Assembly (NCBI GenBank): GCA_043228905.1
Contig: JBHGNT010000001.1
Location: forward strand, 11,842,001 to 11,906,000
Direction of reading: 5' to 3'
DNA length: 64,000 bases
From: Azolla caroliniana
Taxonomy: Eukaryota; Plantae; Polypodiophyta
Shown: one piece after another, positions 36,567-49,923 of the stretch
Layout of the letters: every line of letters starts with the position of its first letter
Position numbering within the stretch: position 1 is the first letter of the stretch
Position numbers and translations under genes: made by a program
Notes under the pieces: generated by a model
Database searches by the model: none
Seen by the model: the letters and a program-made list of their open reading frames with translations, nothing else
Told to the model about the DNA's origin: nothing

Positions 36567-37369
36567 AGCGAAGAGGCTTATGACACTAATGCACGAGTAG
36601 TGGGGAACAATATGTACATGAGCATGCATGCAGGGGAATTTATATACAATATCCAAAATTCTTAGGTTATGCATGTAAATCAAAGAAGGCATTGTATGTA
36701 TTACCAACAACAAACATCAAGTCCTTAATTACGCATGGATTTGAAATATCGAAGTTTGTGTATATGTTAGTTAGTACAATGGAATCATTCTTATTGTGAA
36801 TTGTGCGGATGTTTATATCCTTGAATGCTCAAGAGACATCAAACATTTGTTGGAGGGATATATTTAACCTTTGGTTTGAAGAGAAAGAGAGAAGGATAGT
36901 ATCATAATTCATTGAAGTAGACACATATTGCACAATGCTTAATATGAGGAGTCACGGTATGCCATACATTTTTTTGTATTTTTTGGGCTTTAAGAAATAT
37001 ATGATGATTAAGTATTCAATTTGTATGATTTTTTTTGTATAATTTCATTATCTTTGTCACGTAGTCATGTTTATTTGTGTATTTTCTATAGTAATAAAAT
37101 GTATAATAATGAAGCATCATATAGAGCTTTTCATTATTAAAACTTGTACGTCAAATGACATATTAGTTTTTGCACTCTCATGTCATATGACATACATCTT
37201 TAAAAAATGCCCGTCAAAAAACTTAAAGACTAACCCGTCAAATTCAGGCTCTACATGTAATGGGCCTGTATTGTAATGGAAGATGAGAATGCCATCTTGC
37301 ATCTAAAACTTGACATTACTATTTTACACATAAAGTAATGTGCCATGTACACACACACACACACACACA

Positions 37370-37428
<59 letters not shown>

Positions 37429-37431
<3 letters not shown>

Positions 37432-38811
37432 AAAAGCACACAATTATATTAATTGTATGTAAAATCCACTTAGTTACAACACTTTTTAGTCTCCTCTACC
37501 TATCATATGTTTATGTAGGGAGAGGGACGTTCTGTAATGCTATTAAGAAACTTGAATATACATTTGAGGAAATGATCCCCACATGCTCTAACATCCAAAA
37601 ATTCTACATGAGAATACCTTTAAGCTTCTTTATATAGGCTTTCACCCCATGTTTATTATCAAACATGAAAGCATTACGCATATTCCAATTGTGTTGTAGA
37701 CCCCAATAATGTAAAAATTGGAACAATATCTCCATCTCATCATTTGAACCATTTTGAACATATTGAGAAAAAACCTAGTGTTGAGGTCTCAAACAACAAC
37801 GAGTTTAACTTGCCAAATGTCCGATAAGTACTTCCAAATGGTACACGCTATAGGACATTTAATGAACCTATGTGTACTATCCTCCAATGGAACGGTGCAA
37901 AAGAAACAAGTGCCGAACCCTAGTCCTTGTCTCTTTAAGGTCAAACCTAATGGGAGTCCACCAATCATGACTCTCCATATGAATACCTTTGCATGAAATG
38001 GTAGATGGGAATGCCAACTACGTTGTAATATTTTCTACCACCTTGAATCTGACTTACATGCATTCCACAACTTCGCTGCTTTAGGAAATAGCTAGGATAA
38101 TGATGCCATCGCATGATGATACAATATATTTGTAGTGACCTGTAACAAGCGTGTACCATCTTGTAACCGCCAATCCACCCAAGGGGCAAAATTTGTTTTT
38201 AATGCCAAAGATCCTTGCAACAATGGTATATCTTGTAATTTCTCCCAAATAAATCCATAATTTGTGGGAATACATAACCATCGCTTGGCATCTTCAAAAT
38301 CCGACAACCTTTGAGATTCATTTTCAACCACATCTTCCAAATGTACAATCCCCAAGCGAAATAAACGATTGAATTGAGATCTCAGCTTCTCTTTCCCATG
38401 CCAAAACAACACTCGAGAAGAAACAAGCAATTCATTATGTAATGAATTACAATATTCTCGATCACTTGATGGTCCCCATTCAAAATGAGATAATGCATCT
38501 TTCCACGATCTTACTAAATGTTGTCCACATACAGAATGTCGAATCTTTAGAGGAATACTTCCATTGTGTAATGACCACCGGGATGCTTGAATCTTTGTTT
38601 TCATGTGCGCCAATCCTTCATGCTCAATAAAATATTGCATCATAGATATCCATGGTTGATCTTGTTGACATATATCTCGTAATAATGCAAATCTACGAGC
38701 CATCAAATGCCTTTCCAAATCCAATATTGCTGCATCACCTAACCTTTTAGGAGTAGCCAAATGGTCCCATGAAATCCATGTAACTCCCATCATTTCTCCC
38801 TTCCGCCACAA
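37429..38811 (-). mobile_element. 5'-truncated L1 LINE (post-RT region, zf-RVT and 3' UTR)
   Basis: ORF 38092-38811 WISWDHLATPKRLGDAAILDL matches the L1 WxxxxxPKxxGGLG motif. A zinc finger CFFCTVPLEDSTHRFIKC lies at ~37855-37910. The 3' end abuts (GA)n at 37428. Confidence 0.8.
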
Positions 38812-38968
38812 CTTGAACCGAATAGGTTGTAATGTTTTGTAATGCCTTCGTAGTCCAAGGTAGTGAAGGCAAAAAATATAATAACAGGGGTATCAAGATA
38901 CATTGCACCACTTTGAGTCGTACATGAAAGGGTCATAATTGAGACTTCCAATACATAACTTTGTCCCT

Positions 38969-39012
<44 letters not shown>

Positions 39013-39791
39013 TAGATGTTATACAACGTCCAACGTGCAAGATCAACAAAATATAAGAGCATAGAGAAAGATGAAAAGGGAGGAGCAATGAAGAAGGTGT
39101 AATTACATGTTAATAAAGTGAGAACCAAATTCACACACAATTTGTGTTGACCTTCTTGAGGACGACTAGGTGTGAGAATCCCTTTTACATACAACCTAGT
39201 ATGCAAAAGGTAGGCCATGAATGAAAACATAGAAACTTTCACTTTTTGACCACTCTTCTATTTATTACATTAAAGTCACCTTGTGACCACTCTTTTGACA
39301 TTCGGTGGAACCATACATTGTGCTAACCAATATAACTTACTAGAATTACATGTCTAATGTTGCATTTTAATGCCTATCATCATGTTGATCGCGACATTAT
39401 CCCTTTCCTTAATTTTCAACTTGTAGGTGGAACGGGCTTGTGGGGATAACAATATTAAAAAACTTGAATTATTTATGATGTGTTGCAAAGGTAGTTTCCT
39501 AGGTGGCTTTGGGCAAATGGTAGTCCTTCCATGACATTAGATAATGGCATTGCTAGCATACCCTTTGAGGGTCTATGTTACAGGCATAACCCTCACATGT
39601 TATCCTCGTGTGTAAATACTAAGGTCTTGTCTACCTCAAACTCTTTGTGAAGTTATTCTAAAAGGAGTGCATCAAGATGATGATGGAGAAGAGAAGATGG
39701 GTGGTAAGGTCCCAAGAGCATTGTATCAAAACACGTCATGAATCCAAAAGTGTAGAGGGAAGAGTGTGTTAGAAAGCAACTAGGTTGTGTG

Positions 39792-40187
39792 TAACAATCG
39801 GCAACATTTTAGTTTGAGAGTGTCAAAACCAAACTGTTTAAAAATTTTGAAACTTGAACTGAACTGAACTGAATCACAAAACTTATAAAACCACAATTTC
39901 GTGGTTTGGTTTCGGTTTTCAACTTAGGTCAAAATTCAAAATGTAAATTTTAAAATATTAAAATTATAAAGATTTTTCTAAAATGTGAGAATAAGGCTTG
40001 AAAATGAAAAGATTGTTTAAAATAAATAAAAAACAAACCGTTTAGACTATGGTTTCTAACTGTTGAAACCAAACCGAAACCGAACAGAACCGTTAAAAAA
40101 AACCTGAACTTGAACTGAACTGTTTAAATCATTAAGTTACGGTTTCACGATTCGGTTCGATTCAAACCAAACCGTTGCCGACTATTA
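39792..40187. mobile_element. hAT-type MITE, copy 2 (same family as 20338-20893)
   Basis: Perfect 8-bp TSD GTTGTGTG (39784-39791 / 40188-40195). TIR TAACAATCGGCAAC / GTTGCCGACTATTA. Shares internal ttaggtcaaaattcaaaat with copy 1. Confidence 0.9.
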
Positions 40188-41769
40188 GTTGTGTGACATT
40201 GCTAAAAGGGATGAGGATAAAAGCATGAGAATGAGAACACTAATATGGCTAATGTCAAACTAACCAAAGGATAACTATTTAGTTCTTTTTTTTGGGTTGA
40301 TGGATTCTAGGCATAGGAATTTGTGAGATGGCCAAAAAATTGAAACCATATGCGCATTGGATTTTATAGTCTTGAATGCCACCACTGTCACTCATTGACT
40401 TGAAAATCTACATCACTATTTCGATTGAGTCATGCACCACAAACTTTTGGAGCTCTCCTTATTTGAAGAAGTATTTTGCTCATTTGATTCCCTTCCTACA
40501 CCTAGAGGAAGTTAACGAAGCAAATGATTGCCCCTTCTTATTAAATGTTCATAAACTAAAAGGAATTTCCAATAAAAATGTTAATGTTGTATATGGCCTA
40601 TCATTCATAGGTATTGATCCCACAAGCTTAAGTGTTAAAATGAGTGTTACAAACTAGCTTTTGGTGTATATTAAAGTCAAGAAAGAAAGAGGAAAGGTGA
40701 GTTTGAAGTACCTTCAATCGTAATTATATGATTAGTGTATGGTGTTACATAAAAAAAGTAAACAAAGAGATTCCAATAAATAGCTAGCTATTATTTTCCT
40801 TCACAATGACTTTTGACTATTAGAACCGTACATCTACCAAACAATCAACAAATAGTTTGCATGGGTAATAGCAACCGAGGCATCCATTAAAAGATGTAGG
40901 ACAATGGGAACTTGTCAACAACGAATGCAATTTTATTTTAACATGGCCTCTGATGATCCAATCATAGTCTCATTGCAAACACCTCCCACTACCATGACAA
41001 ACGGTCATGCATGTAGTATGCATGTCATGTACAAGCTTGGTGAAATAGAGAAGTTACTCTTTAATGTTGAAACAAATGTTGTTCACGCTTGTAAGGCTTT
41101 GGATTAAATAAGGAGCAAATTGTAACAAAAATTATAGTGCTACTTTACATTAAATAAAGATCAAATTAAATTATCTTGTTAAGGAGCTTGGGATGCAAAC
41201 ATCCATGGATGATAAATGAAGGATCCAATTGGAAACTCAAGTCAAAGAACTTTCTATAAAGTTGGATATTCTAGGTGTTGAACATCATGCAACTAATAAA
41301 CTCCTTCAAAAGTAGGTACAAACCATTACTTTACTCATTTACCTTATGTGTGCATTAAAATCATAACTTTATAGTGACTCCCATCGGCTTGCATGATAGG
41401 AACTATATAGGGAACAAGAAGTGAAGGTTCGTGGTTTAAGGTGGCACTATAGTGTTATAGTGATATATGTTGAAAATTATATGAGAATATGAGCTTACAA
41501 CTTTTCCATCACTAACTTGGATGTTGGCTTCTAAGAAGGTTATCTAATGTCACATGTGAAAGTGTTTCCTCGTAATTTGGTCCAAACTCTCTTGCATGTC
41601 CAACTTCTTCGTCATTCAATGTGGTGCCCACACACAATGCATGTGGCTAGACACTTGACAAGAGAGTGACAATCCCTGCTACCAACCAAACATTAGAGGA
41701 TCATGTAGTGGTACAATCACACTAGTTTAGAGATAAGTTCTCTATAATCTACACCTGGCAAGGTTCCTA

Positions 41770-42290
41770 ACATGTTGTAATTATTTAGGTAAGGTTGATA
41801 AAATCAAGATGTTCGTTAATATTCAAATCGCCAAAATGTTGTAGATATTCAGCCGTAGATTTTCTAGCTAACATTCATGTAGCTCATGTGCTATGGGTGA
41901 TTAATTATATTGGTTGTTTAGCCATGGTTGATTTAATCAATGTTCATATAAGTAACACGTTGCACTTATTTAGCCATGGCTAAATTATGTAACTTACATG
42001 TTCTAGCTAATTAGCTATGGTTATTTTAGTTACCATTCATGAAGCTAACATGTTCTAGTTGATTAGCCGTGCCTAATTTTTATAGCTAACACATTATGGC
42101 TAGTTGCCTATTGTTATTTTCGTTAATATTCCAAGAGCTATTTGGTTGTTATTTAACCATGTTAATTCATATAACTAATGTATTATATCCAAGAGCTACA
42201 ACTATTTTAGCTAATATTCTAAAAGCTAACATGTTGTAACGATTTAATCAAGTCAATTTAGCTAATGTGCATATAGTACACATGTTATTG
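41770..42290. repeat. Degenerate minisatellite built from TAGCTAACATGTT / TTAGCCATGGTT-like units
   Basis: Recurrent tagctaac, ctaacatgttgta and ttagccatgg motifs. Confidence 0.55.
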
Positions 42291-42341
42291 TTGGGAAAAA
42301 GGAGCGTCAAAAATCTAATTGACAAGCACACAACGAAATGA

Positions 42342-42507
42342 AATCAATTTCTTTTCCCCTTAAGTTCCGTTGATTAGAAATATGGGAATGAAAATACAAA
42401 AGAACCCTATTGCATTTGGGGTATACCAATCAATTTCTTTTCCCCTTAAGTTCCGTTGATTAGAAATATGGGAATGAAAATACACCCTATTGCATTTGGG
42501 GTATACC
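42342..42507. repeat. ~86-bp tandem duplication (second copy has a small deletion)
   Basis: aatcaatttcttttccccttaagttccgttgattagaaatatgggaatgaaaatac...ccctattgcatttggggtatacc occurs twice. Confidence 0.85.
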
Positions 42508-44868
42508 GGTCTTACAAAAATGATTGATAATGTCAAGAATCAAAATTTCATCACCGCCACGATGGAATCATTGAACCATCAAGTTTACAACAAACTTGGT
42601 ATCAAGTAGAAACATTTTCACCGTACACATGGAAGCAAAAAATATCACATCGGTAAATGTCTCACATATGCCTTCTTTCAATTACATCAAAATCAAACCA
42701 CCCTCAATATCATTTGTTTGATGTTATGCCTCTGCCTGTACCTATTTTGACATACACTAAGAAGGTAGGAAGATTTACATGTGTGTGAGAGTAGTGTGGT
42801 GGCAATTGAGATCAACGTTGTGTCAAGCTCCTCCTTCATTTCTTGTCTCTTGTGCTTTTTAATCTCTATCTCTCTCTTTTGGTGAAAACACACAATCATA
42901 TTAATAAATGTGTGTGAAAAACACTACGTACAATGGGTGTGACAATGGAGTATGGTCACCCACTAACTACACTACATAGGTAGTGTGGAACATGTTGAAT
43001 TGCCAATAGGCAAGATGAACACTCCACTGAGGAAAGAATTTCCACTTGCTCCAATAAAGAAAATTGTCACATTATTACTCCCTTCAACTTTCGTAGATAT
43101 GCTTTCACTCCATGTCTACCATCGAATATAGAAGCGTTGCGCATGTTCCAATTATGATGTAATCCCCAATATCTTAGAAATAGAAAAACGATCTCCATCT
43201 CTGATTTTGGGTCAACCAATGTAAATTGTGCAAACACCCACTGTCTTGGTGTCAAATAACATTGTTATAAAACTTGCCAAATTTGAGAAATGTAACTCCA
43301 AATCTGACAAGCAATCGGACATTGTATAAATCGATGAGTACTATCTTCCATTTGAACATTGCAAAAAAAGCAATTACCCGTTGCTAGTCCACGATGCTTT
43401 AGAGCTAATCCCAAATGAAGACCTTGCTACAAGTGGCAATTTAGAATGCCAACTATGTTGTAAAATCTGCCACCACCCATGATCAAATTTGTGTATTTTC
43501 CATTATTCTTCAGCCTTAGATGATAACCATTCAAGAGACCCAACAGAGCAATGTTAGTAGTCACTTGTAACAACGACGTTTGACCGCGTAAACACTAATC
43601 AATCCACGCGCGTGTGTTTTTCTAATCTATGTTTTTGTCACATTGTTTTGCACTTTCTTTTTTTTCTGATTTTTAGCCAACTGTTTTTTTTCGTCACTCT
43701 ACCCCTCTGTAGTGCCATATGAACAATAAGTAAAAAGTAGTGCAACAATTACACAAATAGCCCCCACCTTTTACTTATTGCCTTTTAGTTGTGGGTTCCA
43801 CTTGAGTGGAAAACCCCCCATAATTATATCTAATTAATTATGGTCAAGATTTAGAAAATATATTTCAAATGAGGAACATAACTAAAAAAAAACCTTATAA
43901 GGTTTAAGATTTGATGTTTACATTCATTGGCAAAAGACACTCAGGCAATGATTATCATTGAGATTGTTACTAGTCATTTTAAAGCTACAATTGTTGCCAT
44001 CTCAACCAACAATTTGTTGTAGATAATTGTAGTTGAAAGTAAAAATAATGCCATAATGTCTCTTCAAAATCACATAAGGATAGTCATAACTAAAGATGTG
44101 GTTTTGGAATAGAAGGCTCAACCAATTGATGAGTAGAAGAGACATCTAAGTCTAGAGCTTGGTGGATTCTTAGAAACATGTAAAAGGTACTAGTTTGTCT
44201 AGACGCCATATAATTACTTGAGATGGGCTTTTAAAAGATTTGATGTCTTTGTTTGGAGTGATAAAAGGACATTAATAGACTTTTAGATTAAAACTAAAGT
44301 TTAAGTGCACCTAGGTTAGAGATGTGGGGGAAAAATGAACCATACCTATAACAGGTAGGGCACCATTGAATGCATTGATCACATGCTATGCAAACAATGG
44401 TAATAGTTTTGTGCCTTGAAGGTTTTGCCAAAAATGCCGCGTGAGAAGGTGGAAATAATCTTAGACTGTATTATTTGTGGTTTTCATAGGTCGTCATGGC
44501 TAGAGCCATTGTAATGTTGTTAGCCTAATTAGGTCGCCATGTATGTAGAATTTTACTAATGAAGCATATTTTGTTTGGAAAAATAAAAATAAAAATAAAA
44601 ATGGTAAAGAGTTGCACTTTACAAGTTTCAAGCCCTTATAAATTTGGGAATTTCTGGCCTAGTATGGCATAGGCCTACCTTGATAGTGGATAAGCAACAA
44701 TTGAAACTATACCTAAATGCTAGGTAATGACGTCTTGTCGTACCGGAACTCTACCATGAGAACCAACAATATACATGTTTACAATGTTGGCTTCTCAACT
44801 TCAAATATGGTCTTGTATGCCCTACCTCTTTAAGTATATAACACAATCTTCCAACATTGGAGGCCAAG

Positions 44869-45170
44869 TGTCATGATATGGCCCCAACCAAGATTTGAAC
44901 CCATGATCTTATGATAAATATTGTAATACATAAAATATTATTTTATTTCTTATTTCACCTGGCTTCTAGAACTTTCCGAAATAATCTAGAAAATTCATGA
45001 ATTTCTAGAATACCCTAAACCTTTCTAGAAACTCTAGGAATACTCCTGAAGTCCCTATGAATAGAGGCATATTGTACTATTCAAATCAATTCGGTTGAAA
45101 GCCAATCTTAAGCCTCTAAGCCGTTCCTATCTTTGTACTCATTTTCTATAGTATGTTTTCCTTTTATTGT

Positions 45171-45220
<50 letters not shown>

Positions 45221-45250
45221 TCTAGACAATTTGAACTAAATTGGCCATCT
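44869..45250 (+). mobile_element. LTR remnant with the same architecture as the 9032-9421 chromovirus LTR
   Basis: TGTCATGAT start after purine-rich GGAGGCCAAG, TTCTAGAA repeats, cctatgaatagagg (decayed TATA), then (CT)n. The 3' end is not defined. Confidence 0.5.
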
Positions 45251-46289
45251 TCTTATCTTTCATTCCTCTAGTACTAATGGCCTCTATTAGTGCACATCCA
45301 TCCTTTTGGAGCTTCAATGCTTGACGGGAAAGTTTGTGGCATTGGAACAAGAAAATCAAAGTTTGTTGGGCGATCTACAAAAATTACCATAGAAAAGCAA
45401 CAACATGAGGAGTTGACATTACGAGTACAACAATTGGAATAAACTATCACACTATCTCTACAACAACAAGGAACGAGAACAAAAGGGATCCTTAGAGAGC
45501 CCAAGATTAATTTATAATTGGCTTTGTAACCTAGTTCGTGGTTGTTGTTGCCATTCTTTGATTGTAATGTTTTGAATAAAACAGTTACATTGTGTGCCTC
45601 TCTCTCTCTCTCACACACACACATATACATTTTGTCTCATGAACTTGATCTTTGTCAAGTTGTCTTGCTTATCTCTTTTATCAACTTGGTGATCTTCATC
45701 ACATAGTGTTGTTGATATTTCCGCATTAACGACCTCAGACTCCAACATCTGGTGTCAGAGCTTGGTTTTGTATTCTGCCGCTGACCATTATCCGACTTCA
45801 ACAACATCCTTGGTCTCAACCCCTTGAAGACTCCAAATCGATTCAAGTCCTGGAACAAACCCCAGATTTTAATCACAATTAAATCTTCTGATAAAAAACC
45901 TTCTAGATCTCATCCATTGAAGAGAGAAAACACCTGTTGATTCACACTCCACTTAACTAAACCACACCTCAAGTAGGCTAGTTGGCTATACCCTTCCTAA
46001 TAGTTGTAATCGCTCATAGTGGGATCTTAAAAAAATCGGCCTCATATGTGTTCCATTTGATTAGGCGAAACTCGGGCAGACTAGTTGGTGTTGTCCCCTC
46101 ATTCATTGTAGTGACTCAGAGCAAGATTGACATTACAAACTAGCACAAAATATGTGATCGACACCTTGAAATTGGTAATTAGAATAGGATTGGTAGTTAA
46201 TTGTGCTCAATTCGGCTAGGTGATATTCGGGAAGACCAATCTGCTCTGTCCCTCCACTCATGGTATCCACTCCAAGCAAGTTTAGTACC

Positions 46290-49200
46290 TATTGAGAATC
46301 AAGCTCAACCGAACATTGTGTGTGAACACACCGTTTGAGAATCTATCAACACTCAAAGGTCAAAAGTCACACCACTACTCTCTACACATTCACTATGTGT
46401 CATAGAATCATATTCTATGACACATAAATAATGAGTTCCATATTCCCCATGACTAATGAGTCTTCACATTCCTCAAGGTTCTAGAGAGAGAGGACATTGT
46501 AGTGAGTTAATGAAGAGAGAGGGTGACCTTATATAAAGCACTCTCCTCCTACTTCATAAAGAGTCGGTTGTGACTCCTTGTAATGATACATTTTGTATTT
46601 CCTATTCTCCTTGTTAAAATACACCTTCTTCTTGAGTACTTCATTTTTCTTTCATCTATCTATTTTGTGTTTTCTCTTCTCTCATCTCTTCCCTCTCACA
46701 CATACACATAACACACATCTCTTCTGCTGCACAAGAATCATAACCGATTCTTTACATGGTATCAGAGCGGGTTGGTAGCTTGATCTAGCCCATCCGTGTG
46801 TGTTGTGCTCTACGTCAACGTTCAAGAAGAACCGGCTCATCGCTATCGTAGTGCGACTACATAGCTCGTGTTCGAGAGAGAAGGAAAAGAAGAAGGAGAT
46901 CTTCATCGACAATGAATACTCAAATGGGGAGCGCTCTCCCTAGCGAGAAGTTGGATAGAAACAACTTTGCATCTTGGGAATACAAGATGCACCAATACCT
47001 TGTCAGGAAAGGCTATTGGAGCTACATGAAAGGAGCACAAGAAAATCCTCCTGACCTGAAAGACACTGACTACTCAACATGGCAGCAAGCAGCAAGCCGA
47101 GTGATGTATTGCTTGGCGACATGTGTTCATGACCACATGCTCGGTTACATTCGAGAAGCCGAGACACCGAAGGAATCATTTGAGAATATCAAGAAGATAT
47201 TCGCGGCCAACACGACGACACGAAAGCTTCAACTCCGCCAAGAGTTGAACAACATCCAACAGAGGGATATGTCCATCACAACCTACACCTTGAAGATCAA
47301 GGAGCTTTGTGATTCACTCGGCTCAATAAGCGTCAATGTGGTGGAGGATGATGAGATGGTGCAAATATGCCTCAACGGCCTTGCACCACGGTTCGACGTA
47401 ATGAGGACTGTCGTACTAGCATGTGAGAATCCTCCCTCTTTCTTCGATCTTCAATCGAAAACCATGTTCGAACGAGGAGCAACGCCTCGAAAGGCCACAT
47501 GCTCTACACACATTCAAACGGAGGAAGAGGATGTGACCAAGCAAGAGACCGATTCGGCGAAGGACAAGGAGGACAAGGTCCGACTTACAAAAACAACTCC
47601 CAATTTCGGCAAACCCCGATTACAAAAGCCATCGAGGAACCTTCGGAAGAAGGGGGAGCTTCCATTCCGGTCTGAGCCGACAAACCTCGATTGAATGCGG
47701 AAATCGCGGAAAAATTGGCCACCATGAAGAAGAGCGCCGAAAGAAGAAGCGCAAGTCGACTTCCATAAGCAGATAACTCACCAATTAAGCCACCAATTCT
47801 AACTATGATGACCATGGCAGAATGTTCATGATGAGACATAGCGCAAATTCTATGTCAGCCTCTACTTCGAATAGTGCCTCTAGTTCGGAAGATGTATGGT
47901 TCATCGACTCTAGTGCCTCGAACCATATGATGTCTCATTTAGAATGGTTCGGAGAACTTCGAGAGCCGGATCGACCCGGCTATGTCAAGACCGGAGACAA
48001 CACTACTCATCCGATTTGGCACATCGGCAATGTTCCATTCGGGAATGATGGCGAACAAACTTGCATAAAATATTTCTTAGATGTACCAACCATAATGATG
48101 AATTTGGTCTCGGTTGGCCAAATTGTTGAGCAAGGCATGCAAGTTTGATTCAACCAAGGTGGTTGCTTCATCGAGAAGGAAGGCCGACTAATCACTTGTG
48201 GTCGAAGAAAAGGTCGAATGTTTATCCTCGAGTCAAATGAGGTGAAACCAACCATGTTTGCAAAGGGTCTCAATGCCGGCACCAACATATAGCTATGGCA
48301 TAACAAAATCGGCCATATGAATCTCAACAAACTCAAGGCAATGCAATCGAAAGGAGTCGTCATTGGGCTCTTAACCTTCAAAGAGAAAGAGATTGAAGGA
48401 GTATGTGAAGCATGCCAATTCGGCAAGCAACATCGGCACCCGTTCCCAAAGGAGAGGAACGTGAGCAAAGGCCTATTGGGCATAGTCCATTGGGGATATG
48501 TGGGGACTGGCATACACGGCCACGTTTGGAGGATGTTGTTACTATGTTACCTTCATCAACGACTTCTCTAGATACACATGGAACTTTCCTATGAGGATGA
48601 AGAGCGAAGTGTTTACACACTTCCAAAAATTCAAAAGCGAAATCGAAAAGACAACTAGCCGCCATGTACGATGTCTTCGGTCGGATGGAGGAAAGGAATA
48701 GTTCTCCAATGCATTCACAGAATACCTTTGCCAAGAAGGAGTTCAACAAGAATTCACTTGTTGACACACACTGCAACAGGACGGTGTAGCTGAACACAAG
48801 AATCAACATGTTATCCTCGAAGTAGCAAGGGCCATGCTAAACAAGAAGCGTATGCCCAAGTCATATTATGCAGAAGTAGCAAATATTGTCGTCTACCTCA
48901 TGAACTAGTGCACAACATCCAGAGTGCACGATGTAACCCCACACGAGAAATACTATGGAAAGAAGCCGGATCTATCCCATGTAAGGATATTCGGCTCAAT
49001 TGCATACATGCACATTCCCGATGAGAAGCGGCAAAAGCTTGACCCAAAATCGGAGAAGTGCATCCTCGTGGGGTACTCTCTAGAGCAAAAGAGGTACAAG
49101 GGCTATAATCCATCTACTCGGAAAGTTCGAGTGAGTCGGGACGTCGTTTTCAATGAGTCGACATCCTGGTACAAACAAGAGACGACTCCGACTCCAACCC

Positions 49201-49876
49201 CAATCGACCCAAATTTGGCCAACCAAGAGATAGAAGATGAAGATCAACTGAGGCATATGTTCGAAGAAAGTCTGATCACGAAGAAGCTCAGTGGGCCACA
49301 AGAGCCCCTGAGTGACCAGAGCACATCTCGACCAAGTCCTAAGAGGGACAAAGGCAAGGCCAAAATGCCAGAATATGAAGATGATCAATTTGATGACAAC
49401 AAATCGATTGACTCACTCGACAGTGAGTTTAGTGCCTTTGATGTGCCGCTTATGATATCACCCGGAGTTAAGAAAGCACTCACATTGGCAAATGAGAAAC
49501 TCCGTCGCTCCACCCGAGAGAAGCATCCGGTTAGAAGATTTGGCTACAACGACTATAGTATGGCATATCACTATGCCTTTATGATGAAGGTGGCGACAGT
49601 CTGAGAACCGGAATTTTTTTACGAAGTAGCTAAAGATCCGCGATGGGTCGAAGCAATGAAAACAAGGTGATGCAAGCTCTCAACAAGAACGAGACATGGG
49701 ATCTCGTCCCCCACTCGCCTCACAAGAAGGCAATCTGTTGCAGATGGATTTACAAGGTGAAGTATAATGCCGAAGGCTCTGTCAACCGCCACAAAGCCCA
49801 ACTCGTAGCGAAAGGATATACACAAACACATGGCGTCGAATATGAAGAGACCTTTGCCCTGGTAGCAAAGATGACG
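46290..49876 (+). mobile_element. Ty1/copia element A: 5' LTR (46290-46756), PBS, gag-PR-INT and start of RT; 3'-truncated and degenerate
   Basis: LTR ends TTTACA, followed by PBS TGGTATCAGAGC (tRNA-iMet, 46757-46768). gag from 46912, protease WFIDSSASNHM, WHNKIGH...CEACQFGKQHR, integrase FINDFSRYTW/LRSDGGKE, KLDPKSEKCILVGY, RT start ETWDLVP...KAQLVAKGYTQ...YEETFA. Stops and frameshifts are present. Confidence 0.95.
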
Positions 49877-49905
49877 AACGCACGCGAGTAACAACGCGAC
49901 ATATT

Positions 49906-49923
49906 TGCTGAACCCGACGTGAA
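49906..49923 (+). promoter_or_regulatory. Primer binding site complementary to the tRNA-Trp 3' end
   Basis: TGCTGAACCCGACGTGAA versus TGGTGAACCCGACGTGAA expected from plant cytosolic tRNA-Trp (sequence recalled, 17/18). It starts after a 4-nt spacer following the LTR-terminal CA. Confidence 0.75.

Larger units (their letters stand above)
35300..37253. mobile_element. Non-autonomous TIR DNA transposon (hAT- or Mutator-like)
   Basis: TIRs CAAGGCAGGAATTTGACGGG / CCCGTCAAATTCAGGCTCTA, flanked by CATGTATTG / CATGTAATG (8 of 9 match). Subterminal CCCGTCAAAA and TGACAT/ATGTCA repeats at both ends. Confidence 0.75.
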
